Positions 1 to 9,627 of a stretch of 64,000 bases of DNA are shown piece after piece. Position 1 is the stretch's first letter. Every line of letters begins with the position of its first letter. This stretch comes from Polyangiales bacterium (GTDB lineage Bacteria > Myxococcota_A > Polyangia > Polyangiales > JADJQN01). The stretch lies in the NCBI GenBank assembly GCA_964202905.1, contig CAXNJO010000003.1:64001-128000 (forward strand), given 5' to 3'. The translations under genes were made by a program, and so were the position numbers. The notes below the pieces were generated by a model. That model ran no database searches and was not told the DNA's origin. It saw nothing but the letters and a program-made list of their open reading frames with translations.

Positions 1-4
1 CGGC

Positions 5-2461
5 GTGACCACCGTGCGCATCGCGGATCCGGTCCGTGGCACGCAGGGGGCCCCGACCCGCGGCGTGTCCGCCCGGCCACGCGCACCGTGGGCGGCGGCA
101 CGCGCAAGGGGTGCGCGGCAGCCCGCGAAACCGCACGATTCCAGCGAATTTCGCGGCGGCGCGGCTCTTGTAGGCGAGCGGGACGTGCTCCTCCCCGCCC
201 CGCCCCGTCGTCTGCTCGCCGGCGCCGCGCTCGCCGCGCTCGTGGGCCTCGCGGCGCTCGTCGCGACGCCCTACCCGTCCGAGCGGCTCTCGCCGCGGAC
301 GAGGGCGTCGACCCGCGTGCTCGACCGGCGCGGGCGGCTCGTCTGGGAGCGGCCCGCGACGGACGGCGGCTATGGGCGCTTCGTCCCCCTCGACGCGATC
401 CCGCGCGGCGTCGTGCTCGCGACGCTCGCCGGCGAGGACCAGCGCTTCCACGCGCACCTCGGGATCGATCCGGTCGGCGTCGCGCGCGCGCTCTGGCTCG
501 ACGCGCGGCTCGGGCGCTTCGCGTACGGCGGTTCGACCATCACGCAGCAGCTCGCGAAGCTCCTCGACCGTCAGCCACGGACGCTCGCCGGCAAGCTGGT
601 CGAGGCGGTCGACGCGCTGCGGCTCGAGCGCACGCTGACGAAGGAGGCGATCCTCGCGCAGTACCTCAACCGCGCGTACTACGGCCGCAACGCCTTCGGG
701 ATCGAGGCCGCCGCGCAGCGCTTCTACGGCAAGCCCGCGGAGGCGCTCGCGCTCGACGAAGCCGCGCTGCTCGCGGTCCTGCCGCGCGCGCCCTCCGCCT
801 ACGACCCCGACAGGCACCCCGAGCGCGCACGGGCGCGGCGCGCGACCCTCCTGCGCCGCCTCGTGACGCTCGGTCAGCTCGACGCCGCGACGGCGGAGCG
901 CGCCGCGGCCGCCCCGCTGCGCCCGATCGCGCGGCCGCGCGCCGCGCTGCCGGCGCCGCACTTCGTGGACTGCCTGATCGTCGCGCACGCGCTCCCCGAG
1001 GGCGCCCCCGAGGCGCACGCGACCCTCGACCTCGCGCTCCAGGCGCAGCTCGAGCAGCGCGTGCGCGCGCACCTGCTGCGCGTCGCGGGGCGCGGCATCG
1101 CGCAGGCGGGCGTCGTCGTCGTCGAGGTGCGCACGGGCGACGTGCTCGCGATGGTGGGCTCGCGGCGCTACGGCGAGCGCGCGGTGCAGGGCGCCGTGAA
1201 CGCGGCGACCGCGGCGCGGCACCCCGGCTCGACGCTCAAGCCCTTCGTCTACGCGCTCGCCCTCGAGGACGGCGCGCACCCGGGCACGCCCGTCTTCGAC
1301 GTGCCGACGACGTGGCGCGGCTACGCACCGCGCGCGCTCGACGGGCGCTACCGCGGCGTCGTCACGCTGCGCGAGGCGCTCGGCAGCTCGCTCAACGTCC
1401 CGGCGACGCGCCTCGCGGGCGCGATCGGCCCCGATCGCCTCGCGCGCGCGCTCCGCGACGCGGGCCTGCGCACCATCGACCCGCGCCCGGGCCGCTACGG
1501 CGTCGCGCTCGCGCTCGGCAGCGAACGCACGCGCCTGATCGAGCTCGCCGAGGCCTACGCGACGCTCGCGCGCGGCGGCGTGCACCGCCCCGTCCGGCTG
1601 CTCCGCGCCCCGGACGCGCCCGACGCGGCCAGGGCCGGCACGCGCGTCTTCGGCGCCGAGGCCGCGTACCTGACGACGCGCATGCTCGCGGATGCGGCGG
1701 CGCGCCGACGCACGTTCGGCCTGGAGACGCCGCTCGAGCTGCCCTTCCCCGTCGCGGTGAAGACGGGCACCTCGCAGGGACACCAGGACGACGTCGTCGT
1801 GGGCTACACGCCCGAGGTCGTCGTCGCGGTGTGGGCGGGCAACTTCGACGGCGCCCCGACGCACGAAGTGCTCGCGATCGAGGGCGCCGCGCCGCTCTTC
1901 CGCGAGGCGATGCGCGCCGCGGTCGAGGCCGTGCGCGACCCGCGCGCGCAGGGCGCGTCGCCCGACTTCGCGCGGCCGCCCGGCATCGTCACGCGCGAGG
2001 TCTGCCCGCTCTCCGGCCTGCTGCGCGGCCCCGCGTGCCCGCACGCGCGCCGCGAGGAGCTCGACGGCGCACACATCCCCGCGCGCGCCTGCGACTGGCA
2101 CCGCTCGGAGGGCCTCGCGCTCCCGGCCGAGGTGAGCGGCTGGCAGCCCGGCGCGACGGCGCTGCCCGCCGCGCCCGGAGACGCGCGCGTCGCGATCGTC
2201 GGCCCCGCGCACGGGGCCCGGCTCCGCCTCGATCCGCTCGCGCCCCGCGCGACGCAGGCCGCGCACCTGCGCGTCGTCGTCCGCGACCCGCGCGTCACGC
2301 ACGTCCGCTGGGAGGTCGATGGCGCCCCGCTCACCGACGCGCGCGCGCCCTTCGACGCGTCCCTGCCGCTCACGCCCGGCACCCACCGAATCCGCGCCGT
2401 CCTGCCCGACGGCGCGAGCGACACGATCGTCCTCCACGTCGACGACGGAGCCTCCCGATGA
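5..2461 (+). CDS. pbpC: Penicillin-binding protein 1C (transglycosylase + transpeptidase + C-terminal domain)
   Basis: GT51 motifs EDQRFHAH, GGSTITQQL, YLNRAYYG; transpeptidase motifs STLK, SLN, KTG; N-terminal TM helix; ATGA overlap with the alpha-2-macroglobulin gene. True start may be GTG 185. Confidence 0.92.
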   Translation: MTTVRIADPVRGTQGAPTRGVSARPRAPWAAARARGARQPAKPHDSSEFRGGAALVGERDVLLPAPPRRLLAGAALAALVGLAALVATPYPSERLSPRTRASTRVLDRRGRLVWERPATDGGYGRFVPLDAIPRGVVLATLAGEDQRFHAHLGIDPVGVARALWLDARLGRFAYGGSTITQQLAKLLDRQPRTLAGKLVEAVDALRLERTLTKEAILAQYLNRAYYGRNAFGIEAAAQRFYGKPAEALALDEAALLAVLPRAPSAYDPDRHPERARARRATLLRRLVTLGQLDAATAERAAAAPLRPIARPRAALPAPHFVDCLIVAHALPEGAPEAHATLDLALQAQLEQRVRAHLLRVAGRGIAQAGVVVVEVRTGDVLAMVGSRRYGERAVQGAVNAATAARHPGSTLKPFVYALALEDGAHPGTPVFDVPTTWRGYAPRALDGRYRGVVTLREALGSSLNVPATRLAGAIGPDRLARALRDAGLRTIDPRPGRYGVALALGSERTRLIELAEAYATLARGGVHRPVRLLRAPDAPDAARAGTRVFGAEAAYLTTRMLADAAARRRTFGLETPLELPFPVAVKTGTSQGHQDDVVVGYTPEVVVAVWAGNFDGAPTHEVLAIEGAAPLFREAMRAAVEAVRDPRAQGASPDFARPPGIVTREVCPLSGLLRGPACPHARREELDGAHIPARACDWHRSEGLALPAEVSGWQPGATALPAAPGDARVAIVGPAHGARLRLDPLAPRATQAAHLRVVVRDPRVTHVRWEVDGAPLTDARAPFDASLPLTPGTHRIRAVLPDGASDTIVLHVDDGASR

Positions 2462-5400
2462 CCGACAAGACCATGATATCCAAACACTTTTCGCGTATCG
2501 CCGCCGCACTCTCGATCACCGCGCTCGTCGGCGCGTCCTGCCTGCTCGCGCCGTCGCTCCGCGGCGACGAGCCCGCCGCACGCCGTCGCCCGCGTGCGCG
2601 CGCCGCAGCGCCGGCGTCCGGGGGGCCACTCGCGGTGACGATGGCGGGCGCGACCTGCGATGTCTGTGCGCCCGACCAGACGCGCATCTCGCTCGGCTTC
2701 ACCCAGCCGGTGCGCCCGTCGGACGTCGCCCGCGCGCTGCGCGTCTCGCCCGCGGTCGCGCTCCGGCCCACGGGCGACGACGCGCCGACGCACCACGTCA
2801 TGCTCGAGGGCGACTTCGCGGAGCGGCGCACCTACCACCTCACGCTGCCCGAGACGCTCCGCGCCGCGTCGGGGACCCCGCTCGCGGCGGCGCTCGCCTT
2901 CGCGGTCACGACCGGCGCGTGGACGCCCGTCGCGCGGATGCCGGTGGGCCAGGCCGTGCTCGCCGTCGACGCGCGCCTGCCCCTGCAGCTCGCGCACGTC
3001 CGCGGGGCGCGGCTGCGCGTCTTCCCGCTCGGCCCGGCCGATCTGAACGCGGCCGCCGCGATCACCGGGGTCAGCGGCGGCACGGTGGACCCCGTCACGC
3101 GCCTGCCCGCAGCGCTGCGCGCACGCGGCCGCACGCTGCGCCCGCGCCCCGAGGACGGCGACGCGCAGGGCGTGCAGGAGCTCGACGTGTTCGCGGCGGT
3201 CGGGCTCACCGGCGCGCACGCCGCACCCGTGCTCGCGGTGCTCGACGCGCAGGGCGCCGAGACGACGGCGACCGTCGTGCAGCGCGCGGAACACGGCGTC
3301 GTCCTCAAGGTGGGTCGCGCAGGCGGGCTCGTCTGGGTGACGGACGGCCGCACCGGAGAGCCCGTCGCGGGCGCCGACGTGGCGATCGCCGACGGCGCCG
3401 TCACCCGCTTTCGCGGCCGCACGAGGGCGGATGGCGTGCTGCTCCTGCCCGCGCGTGCGCGGCTCGAGCGCCCCGCCGCGGACCTCGCGCGGGAAGCCGC
3501 GCAGCGTGCCCGCGACGCGCGGCGCCGGGCCGCCATCCGACGCGCGGGGAACCGGGGCGGTGCACGCGCGGGCGGCGACGGCGCACAGCCCGCGGAGCGC
3601 GCGGAGGCGGAGGCGGAGGGCGGCGAGCTCGAGGGCGACGACATCGGCGACGGCGACTTCGAGGGGGACGGGGGCGCCGAGCGCCCACTCCGCGCGGTCG
3701 TCGTCGCCGGGGGGCGCACGTCGTTCGCGAGCACCGTCTTCGACGGCGGCGCCGAGCCGTGGCGGTTCACGTCGAACGGCCCGTGGAACGAGCCGGCCGT
3801 CGCGCTCCGCGGGATGGTCACCGCGGAGCGCGGAATCTACCGTCCCGGCGAGCCCGTCCACCTCCTCGGCGTGCTCCGCAAGCGGCTCCCGAGCGGATCC
3901 CTTTTGCCATCTCGCGGGATGGTGCAAGTGACCGTGACAGACCCCGACGGGAGCGAGGTGTGGCGGCGGGACGTCGCGCTCACGGCCTTCGGCACGTTCC
4001 GGCTCGAGGGCACCCTGCCCCGCGCGGCGCGCCTCGGCGGCTACGGCGTGTCGGTGCGCAAGGACGCCGCCGTGCTCTACGCGGGCTTCGAGGTGGGCGA
4101 GTACCGCGCGGCGAGCTTCGAGGTGACGCTCCCCTCGGCGGGCGCGGCCGAGCGCGACGCGACCGGCGACGTCGTGCTGCCCGTGCGCGCGGCCTACCTC
4201 TACGGCGCGCCCGTGCGCGGGGGGCGCGTGAGCTGGAGCGCATCGACGCGCGGGCGGAGCCCGTCGTTTCCGGGGCTCGCGTCGTTCACGTTCGGCGGCG
4301 ATCAGGGCGACGGCGCGGCCTTCTTGACGGGCGGCGAGCTCACGCTCGACGCAGCGGGCGCGGGCACCCTCCGCGTACCGGCCGCGTCCCTCACCGCCGC
4401 GCTCGCGGGCCCGGCACAGGCGGTCGATCTGCTCCTCGAGGCGACCGTGACCGACACGGCCGACGACACCTACGGCGCCCGCACGGTGCTCGCGCTCGCG
4501 CAGGCCCCCGTGCTCGTCGGCGTCGAGAGCGCGACGTACGCGGTGAACGCGAAGGAGGGCTGGGACGTGCGGATCGCGGCGGTCGACGCCCAGGGCGCGG
4601 CCGTGCGCGACCGGTCGCTCGTCGCGACGCTGGTGCGGAGCGTGTGGGAGAGCGCGGCCGAGGTGGGGCCGGGCGGACCGGCGTACCGCGTGCACCGCGT
4701 CGAGCGCGTGCTCGCGACGCGCACGCTGACGAGCGGGGACGCACCGCTGCGCGCGCATTTCGATCTGCCCGGCGGCGGCGAGTACCGCGTGGAGGTGCGT
4801 GCCGGGAGCGCCGTCGGCGCGGCGTCGCCGGGGCTCGCGGCGGTGAGCGCGTGGGCGTGGGGCGAGGGCGACGTGTCCGGGCCGCCGCGCGACGACGCGG
4901 GCGTCGAGGTCCGCGCCGACCGCGCGCACTACGCGCCGGGGGACACGGCGCGACTCGCGGTCGCGTCGCCGTACGCGCACGCGACCGCGCTCCTCACGCT
5001 CGAGCGCGAGGGCATCCTCGACGCGCGGGTCGTGCCGCTCGACGGCGCCGGCACGCCGCTGACGGTGCGCCTCGAGGACGCGCACCTCCCGAACGTGTAC
5101 GCAGCGGTCACGCTCGTGCCGCGCGGGCACGACGGCGCGGCCCCCGCCGCGGGCGCGCCGGTGAAGTTCGGGATGACGACGCTCACGGTGAGCGCGGAGT
5201 CGCGGCGCCTCTCGGTCGCGGTGACGCCGACGCGCGCGGCGCTGCGCCCCGGCGACACCGCCGAGGTCGAGGTGCGCGTGCGCGACGCCGCGGGCCGCCC
5301 CGCGCGCGCCGAAGTGACGCTCTGGGCCGCCGACGAGGGCGTGCTCGCGCTCACGGGCTACGCGACGCCCGACCCCTTCGCGCCCGCGTGGGCGCCGCAC

Positions 5401-7602
5401 CCGCACGCGGTCGCGAGCGCGTCGAACTACCTGCGCTGGTGCACGCGCGCCCCCGACGACTGGGACGACGGCGGCGTCGGCGACGCGGGGCCGGGCGAGG
5501 CCGCCGGCGCCGCGCTGCGCTCGCGCTTCCTCTCGACCGCCTTCTTCTCGCGCCCCGTGGTCACCGACGCGCGCGGCCTCGCCCGCGTGCGCTTCCCGCT
5601 GCCCGACAACCTCACCCGCTGGCGCGTGATCGCGGCCGTCGCGGACGAGGGCGAGCGCTTCGGCAAGGGCGAAGCGGCGATCCGCACGAGCAAGCCGCTC
5701 CAGGTCACGCCCTCGCTCCCGCGCTTTCTCACGCAGGGCGACGTCGTCGACGCGGGCGCCGTCGTGCACGACGCGACGGGCGTCGCGGGGCCGGTCGAGG
5801 TGCGCTTCGAGGTGCGCGGCGCGACGCTCCTCGGCGCGGCCGTGCAGCGCGTGGACGTCCCCGCCGACGGGCAGGTGGCGGTGCGCGTGCCGCTCCGCGC
5901 GACCAGTGTGGGCGACGTCGTCGTGCAGGTGCGCGTCGCCAAGCGCGGCGAGCAGGACGGCTTCGCGCTCACGCTGCCCGCGCACGCGCCGACCGGATGG
6001 CAATCGACGATCCTCGCCGATGGAATCCTCGGAGATGGTAACACCGAAGGAAGCGCGCGCGTCCCGGTCCCGCTCCCGGCGGGCGTCGCCGACGGGAACG
6101 CCGAGCTCGTCGTGACCTACGCGCCGAGCGTGCTCGCGTCGATCGAGTCCGGCATCGAGGCGCTCGTCGAGTACCCGAACGGCTGCGTCGAACAGACGAC
6201 GTCGGGCCTCATCCCGCTCGTGCTCCTCGAGGACCTGGTGCGCGGGCTGGGCAGCGCGCGCTTCGACGGCCCGGCGCATCGCGCGCGCATGGAGCAGGCG
6301 CTCCTGCACGTCCTCGCGCACCAGAACGACGACGGCGGCTTCGGGCTCTGGCCGAGCAGCGAGAGCGAGGGCTTCCTCACGGCGTACGCGCTCTGGGGCC
6401 TCTTGATCGCGCGCGACCACGGCTACGAGGTGCCGCGCCCGCGCGTCGAGGCGGGCCTCGCCTACCTGCTCGCGCACCGCGGCGAGAGCCACGACATGCA
6501 CGGGCAGTTCTCGAACCGCGAGACGGCGACCTTCTCCGCCTTCGTGCTCGCGTACGCGCAGCGCGACGACCGCGGGCTCGGCGCGCAGCTCCGCGAGGGG
6601 CGCGCGGGGCTCAGCCGCTTCGGGCTCGGCCTGCTCGCGACGGCGATCGAGCGCCGCGAGGCGCACGCCACCGAGCTGCTCGGCGAGCTCGAGGGGGCCC
6701 GCACCGCACGCGCGGGCGGCGGCGCGCTCATCGCCGATCCGCGCGCCGACGCGGGCTTCATGCAGTTCGGGCGCGAGCTCCGCGCGACGGGCAGCGCGGT
6801 GCAGGCGCTCGTCGCCGCGGGCCGCACGCGCGAGGCCGGGGACCTCGTCACGGGCATCCTCGCGGAGCGCCGCGCGGACGGCACGTGGGGCACGACCTAC
6901 AACAATTTGTGGGCGATCACCGCGCTCTCCGCGTACGCGGCGTCCACGCCCCCGTCCGCCTCGGCGCCCACCGTGGTCGTCCGGCTCGACGGTCGCGAGG
7001 TCGGGCGCACGCGCTTCAGCGGCCGCGGCGGCCTCGAGACGGTGCGCGTGCCGTACGCCGCGCTCGTCCGCCCCGATGGCCTCCCGCGCGCGCTCGAGCT
7101 GAGCGCGACGCCCGGGGCCGACGTCCGCTACACGGCGCGCCTCCGCTACAGCGTCGACCTCGCGCACCAGCGCCCCGCGTCCGAGGGCCTCGCGGTCGAG
7201 CGCGCGCTCGTCGACGCGGAGACCGGCGCGCCCGTGACGTCGCCGCGGCTCGGCCAGCTGCTGCGCGTCCGGCTCACGCTCCGCTCGACGGAGGACCGCG
7301 AGCAGGTCGCGCTCACCGACCGCCTCCCCGCCGGGCTCGAGCCGATCGACACCCGCCTCGTGACGGAGCAGCAGCGCATCGAGGCCGCGGGCGACGCGTG
7401 GGTCTGGCAGTGGCGCGAGCTGCACGACGAGCGCGTCGCCTTCTTCGCCGACCATCTGCCCGCGGGCACCCACCACGCGGAGTACCTCGTGCGCGCGACG
7501 CGCAGCGGCGAGTTCGTGCGCCCCGCGGCGAGCGCCGAGGCGATGTACGACCCCGACGTCCACGCCCGCGGCGCGACGGAGCGCGTCGCGATCGTGCGCT
7601 GA
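2458..7602 (+). CDS. Bacterial alpha-2-macroglobulin (YfhM-like lipoprotein)
   Basis: ATG 2458 overlaps the pbpC stop; signal peptide ending ALVGASC; ERGIYRPGE, LPDNLTRWR, thioester YPNGCVEQ, C-terminal AEAMYDP. Confidence 0.93.
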   Translation: MTDKTMISKHFSRIAAALSITALVGASCLLAPSLRGDEPAARRRPRARAAAPASGGPLAVTMAGATCDVCAPDQTRISLGFTQPVRPSDVARALRVSPAVALRPTGDDAPTHHVMLEGDFAERRTYHLTLPETLRAASGTPLAAALAFAVTTGAWTPVARMPVGQAVLAVDARLPLQLAHVRGARLRVFPLGPADLNAAAAITGVSGGTVDPVTRLPAALRARGRTLRPRPEDGDAQGVQELDVFAAVGLTGAHAAPVLAVLDAQGAETTATVVQRAEHGVVLKVGRAGGLVWVTDGRTGEPVAGADVAIADGAVTRFRGRTRADGVLLLPARARLERPAADLAREAAQRARDARRRAAIRRAGNRGGARAGGDGAQPAERAEAEAEGGELEGDDIGDGDFEGDGGAERPLRAVVVAGGRTSFASTVFDGGAEPWRFTSNGPWNEPAVALRGMVTAERGIYRPGEPVHLLGVLRKRLPSGSLLPSRGMVQVTVTDPDGSEVWRRDVALTAFGTFRLEGTLPRAARLGGYGVSVRKDAAVLYAGFEVGEYRAASFEVTLPSAGAAERDATGDVVLPVRAAYLYGAPVRGGRVSWSASTRGRSPSFPGLASFTFGGDQGDGAAFLTGGELTLDAAGAGTLRVPAASLTAALAGPAQAVDLLLEATVTDTADDTYGARTVLALAQAPVLVGVESATYAVNAKEGWDVRIAAVDAQGAAVRDRSLVATLVRSVWESAAEVGPGGPAYRVHRVERVLATRTLTSGDAPLRAHFDLPGGGEYRVEVRAGSAVGAASPGLAAVSAWAWGEGDVSGPPRDDAGVEVRADRAHYAPGDTARLAVASPYAHATALLTLEREGILDARVVPLDGAGTPLTVRLEDAHLPNVYAAVTLVPRGHDGAAPAAGAPVKFGMTTLTVSAESRRLSVAVTPTRAALRPGDTAEVEVRVRDAAGRPARAEVTLWAADEGVLALTGYATPDPFAPAWAPHPHAVASASNYLRWCTRAPDDWDDGGVGDAGPGEAAGAALRSRFLSTAFFSRPVVTDARGLARVRFPLPDNLTRWRVIAAVADEGERFGKGEAAIRTSKPLQVTPSLPRFLTQGDVVDAGAVVHDATGVAGPVEVRFEVRGATLLGAAVQRVDVPADGQVAVRVPLRATSVGDVVVQVRVAKRGEQDGFALTLPAHAPTGWQSTILADGILGDGNTEGSARVPVPLPAGVADGNAELVVTYAPSVLASIESGIEALVEYPNGCVEQTTSGLIPLVLLEDLVRGLGSARFDGPAHRARMEQALLHVLAHQNDDGGFGLWPSSESEGFLTAYALWGLLIARDHGYEVPRPRVEAGLAYLLAHRGESHDMHGQFSNRETATFSAFVLAYAQRDDRGLGAQLREGRAGLSRFGLGLLATAIERREAHATELLGELEGARTARAGGGALIADPRADAGFMQFGRELRATGSAVQALVAAGRTREAGDLVTGILAERRADGTWGTTYNNLWAITALSAYAASTPPSASAPTVVVRLDGREVGRTRFSGRGGLETVRVPYAALVRPDGLPRALELSATPGADVRYTARLRYSVDLAHQRPASEGLAVERALVDAETGAPVTSPRLGQLLRVRLTLRSTEDREQVALTDRLPAGLEPIDTRLVTEQQRIEAAGDAWVWQWRELHDERVAFFADHLPAGTHHAEYLVRATRSGEFVRPAASAEAMYDPDVHARGATERVAIVR

Positions 7603-7655
7603 CGCCGGTCAGTGCGCTGCGCGCGAAGGCGAGTCGGCCTCCGCGCGCGCGCGCC

Positions 7656-9533
7656 TCAGATGAAATCGGGCGTGCAGACGCCGCCGCTGCAGAACTCGCC
7701 CACGCCGCACTGCGTGTCCTCGGTGCAGCCCATGCGCTCGACGCGCGTGACCCACTGCGCGACGTGGTTGCCGCTCTCGATGTCCTGGAAGGGCAGGCGG
7801 AACGCGGGCGACGACGGCTCCGCGCCCGCGCGCGCCGCCGCCGGATCGAACGCCGTCATCCAAAGCTGCACCTTCGCGTCGCGCCCGTAGCGCAGGCCGT
7901 ACGCGCGGCGGCTCGACCACGTGAGCCAGAAGAGCGTGCGCCCGCGATCGAGGTACGAGGTCGGGTCCCACTTCACCCACGTGTCCGCGAGCCCACCGGC
8001 GGCCGCGAGCTGCAGCGTGAGGCCCGAGCGATCCGTCGCGACGACCCAGATCTCCGCGTCCGCCACACCGCCCATCATCATCGACGAGTCCCCGCCCGCG
8101 GAGTTCGTGTTCGACGGCGAGCGGTTGAACACGACCCACTGCGCGTCGGGCGAGTAGGCGGGATAGAAGTTGTTCTCGGTCCCCGTGCGCGCGAGCAGCG
8201 GCTGATCCGTCCAGACCCCGGCGCCATCGCGCACGAGCTCGTGCAGGCTGCCGCTCGACACGCCGAGCGCGTCGTAGATCAGCCCCACGGGCGCGGGCTC
8301 CGCCGACTTCGTGTAGACGATGCGGTCGCCGAGGGGCGACCAGTCGGGGTGCGTCGCGCCCGCGCCGCCGAGCATCCCCGTGAGCACCGCGCCCGTCGCC
8401 GGATCGCGCAGGTCGAGGCCCGTCGTCGCGCTCGTCACGAGCTGCGACGAGTCCGGCGAGAACGACGCGAAGTTCGGCTGCGCCGGGAAGAAACCGCCGC
8501 CGAGCGAGAAGACCCGCGTCCGCGTCGCGATGTCGTAGACCTGAAAGGTGCTCGTCGGGATGTCGAGTCCGACCGAGATGCGACGACCATCACGCGAGAG
8601 GGTGTGGCATCCGACGCAGGTGGTCGCGCCCGTGCGCGCGCGGTCGAGGAAGGTCTCCGGACGCGCGCCGCGGATGCCGAAGTCGTAGCGCATGATCGCG
8701 CCGCCCCCGGCGTTCCAGTAGTAGAGGCCGCCGGTGATGTCTTCCTCCGTGAAGCTCAGATCGCGCGCGGCGCTCGCGCCCACGCCGCCGCCCCCGTTCG
8801 TCGCGCGGAGCGTGTAGGTGATCGGCCCCGTCCCCCGCGCGGCCATCGCGATCGCCGACCACACCGCCGCGTCGGGCGTGTAGATGCAGCCGCCGCCGAC
8901 GCTCTCCGGGCAGGTGAAATAGACCTTCAGCTCGAGCGCGCTCGACATGAACGCGAGCTCGAAGAGGTCGCCGCGCGAGCGGAAGTGGAACTCGAGCTCC
9001 TGCAGGTTCGGCGGCACGACCGTGCCGTCGTCGGGGTAGACGAGCTCGGGCGCGAGGCCCGCGTCCGCAGGGCCGCCGAAGCGCGCGGGCGCATCCGCGG
9101 GGGTGCCTTCGACGACGATCACGCGCTGTCCGCGCAGCGTCAGCGAGGTCGTCCCGCGCTGCGAGCCGAGCTGCGCGAACACGTTGGTGCGCCCGCCGCG
9201 ATCGACCGCGGAGGTGAACTGCGCGCCCGCGAAGCCGCCGAGATCCGCGACGCTCGTCGTCCAGGTCGCCTCCGTCGTCACCTCGCGCTCGCGCCCGTCC
9301 GACTGCGTGAGGAAGGCGCGGTAGTCGAGCTCGGCGGGCACGCCCGGCGCGAGCGTCACGACCTGATCGGTCGGTTCGATCCGCAGGTCGGAGAGCCCGG
9401 TCATGTCGCCGCCATCCGGCCCCGCGTCCGCGCCGCCGCCCCCGCCGGGACGGTCGGAGGTCGTCGTGCAGGCCGCGACCACGGCGAGCACCAGCGCGAG
9501 CGAGCAGAGCGGGGCGGACGGGCGAAGACGCAA
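7656..9533 (-). CDS. Lipoprotein with Ig-like domain and TolB/PD40-like beta-propeller, Cys-rich tail
   Basis: TTG 9533 after GGAGG; lipobox VVAAC; blades FSPDSSQL, PDWSPLGDRIVY, PAYSPDAQWVVF; C-terminal CTEDTQC..C....C. Confidence 0.75.
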   Translation of the reverse strand: MRLRPSAPLCSLALVLAVVAACTTTSDRPGGGGGADAGPDGGDMTGLSDLRIEPTDQVVTLAPGVPAELDYRAFLTQSDGREREVTTEATWTTSVADLGGFAGAQFTSAVDRGGRTNVFAQLGSQRGTTSLTLRGQRVIVVEGTPADAPARFGGPADAGLAPELVYPDDGTVVPPNLQELEFHFRSRGDLFELAFMSSALELKVYFTCPESVGGGCIYTPDAAVWSAIAMAARGTGPITYTLRATNGGGGVGASAARDLSFTEEDITGGLYYWNAGGGAIMRYDFGIRGARPETFLDRARTGATTCVGCHTLSRDGRRISVGLDIPTSTFQVYDIATRTRVFSLGGGFFPAQPNFASFSPDSSQLVTSATTGLDLRDPATGAVLTGMLGGAGATHPDWSPLGDRIVYTKSAEPAPVGLIYDALGVSSGSLHELVRDGAGVWTDQPLLARTGTENNFYPAYSPDAQWVVFNRSPSNTNSAGGDSSMMMGGVADAEIWVVATDRSGLTLQLAAAGGLADTWVKWDPTSYLDRGRTLFWLTWSSRRAYGLRYGRDAKVQLWMTAFDPAAARAGAEPSSPAFRLPFQDIESGNHVAQWVTRVERMGCTEDTQCGVGEFCSGGVCTPDFI

Positions 9534-9627
9534 GGGGACCTCCGGGGGGAGGCGCGAGCGTAGGAGGCCCGGGCCGCGCGCCGCAAGCCCCGGCGCGCAC
9601 CGCACGCCGGAGAGCGACGCGTGGCCG

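Noticed and set aside
37..51. Possible sigma-54 promoter TGGCACGCAGGGGGC before pbpC
   Set aside because: The -12 element lacks TTGC; a chance match is likely at this GC content.
88..2457. 2504-aa ORF implying a huge N-terminal extension on alpha-2-macroglobulin
   Set aside because: Arg-rich off-frame shadow of pbpC; the real start is ATG 2458, followed by a signal peptide.
1804..7563. Long antisense or alternate-frame ORFs here and throughout (e.g. 6885-9563, 11254-14022, 55958-59179)
   Set aside because: Expected stop-codon scarcity at very high GC; no motifs; they overlap well-supported genes.
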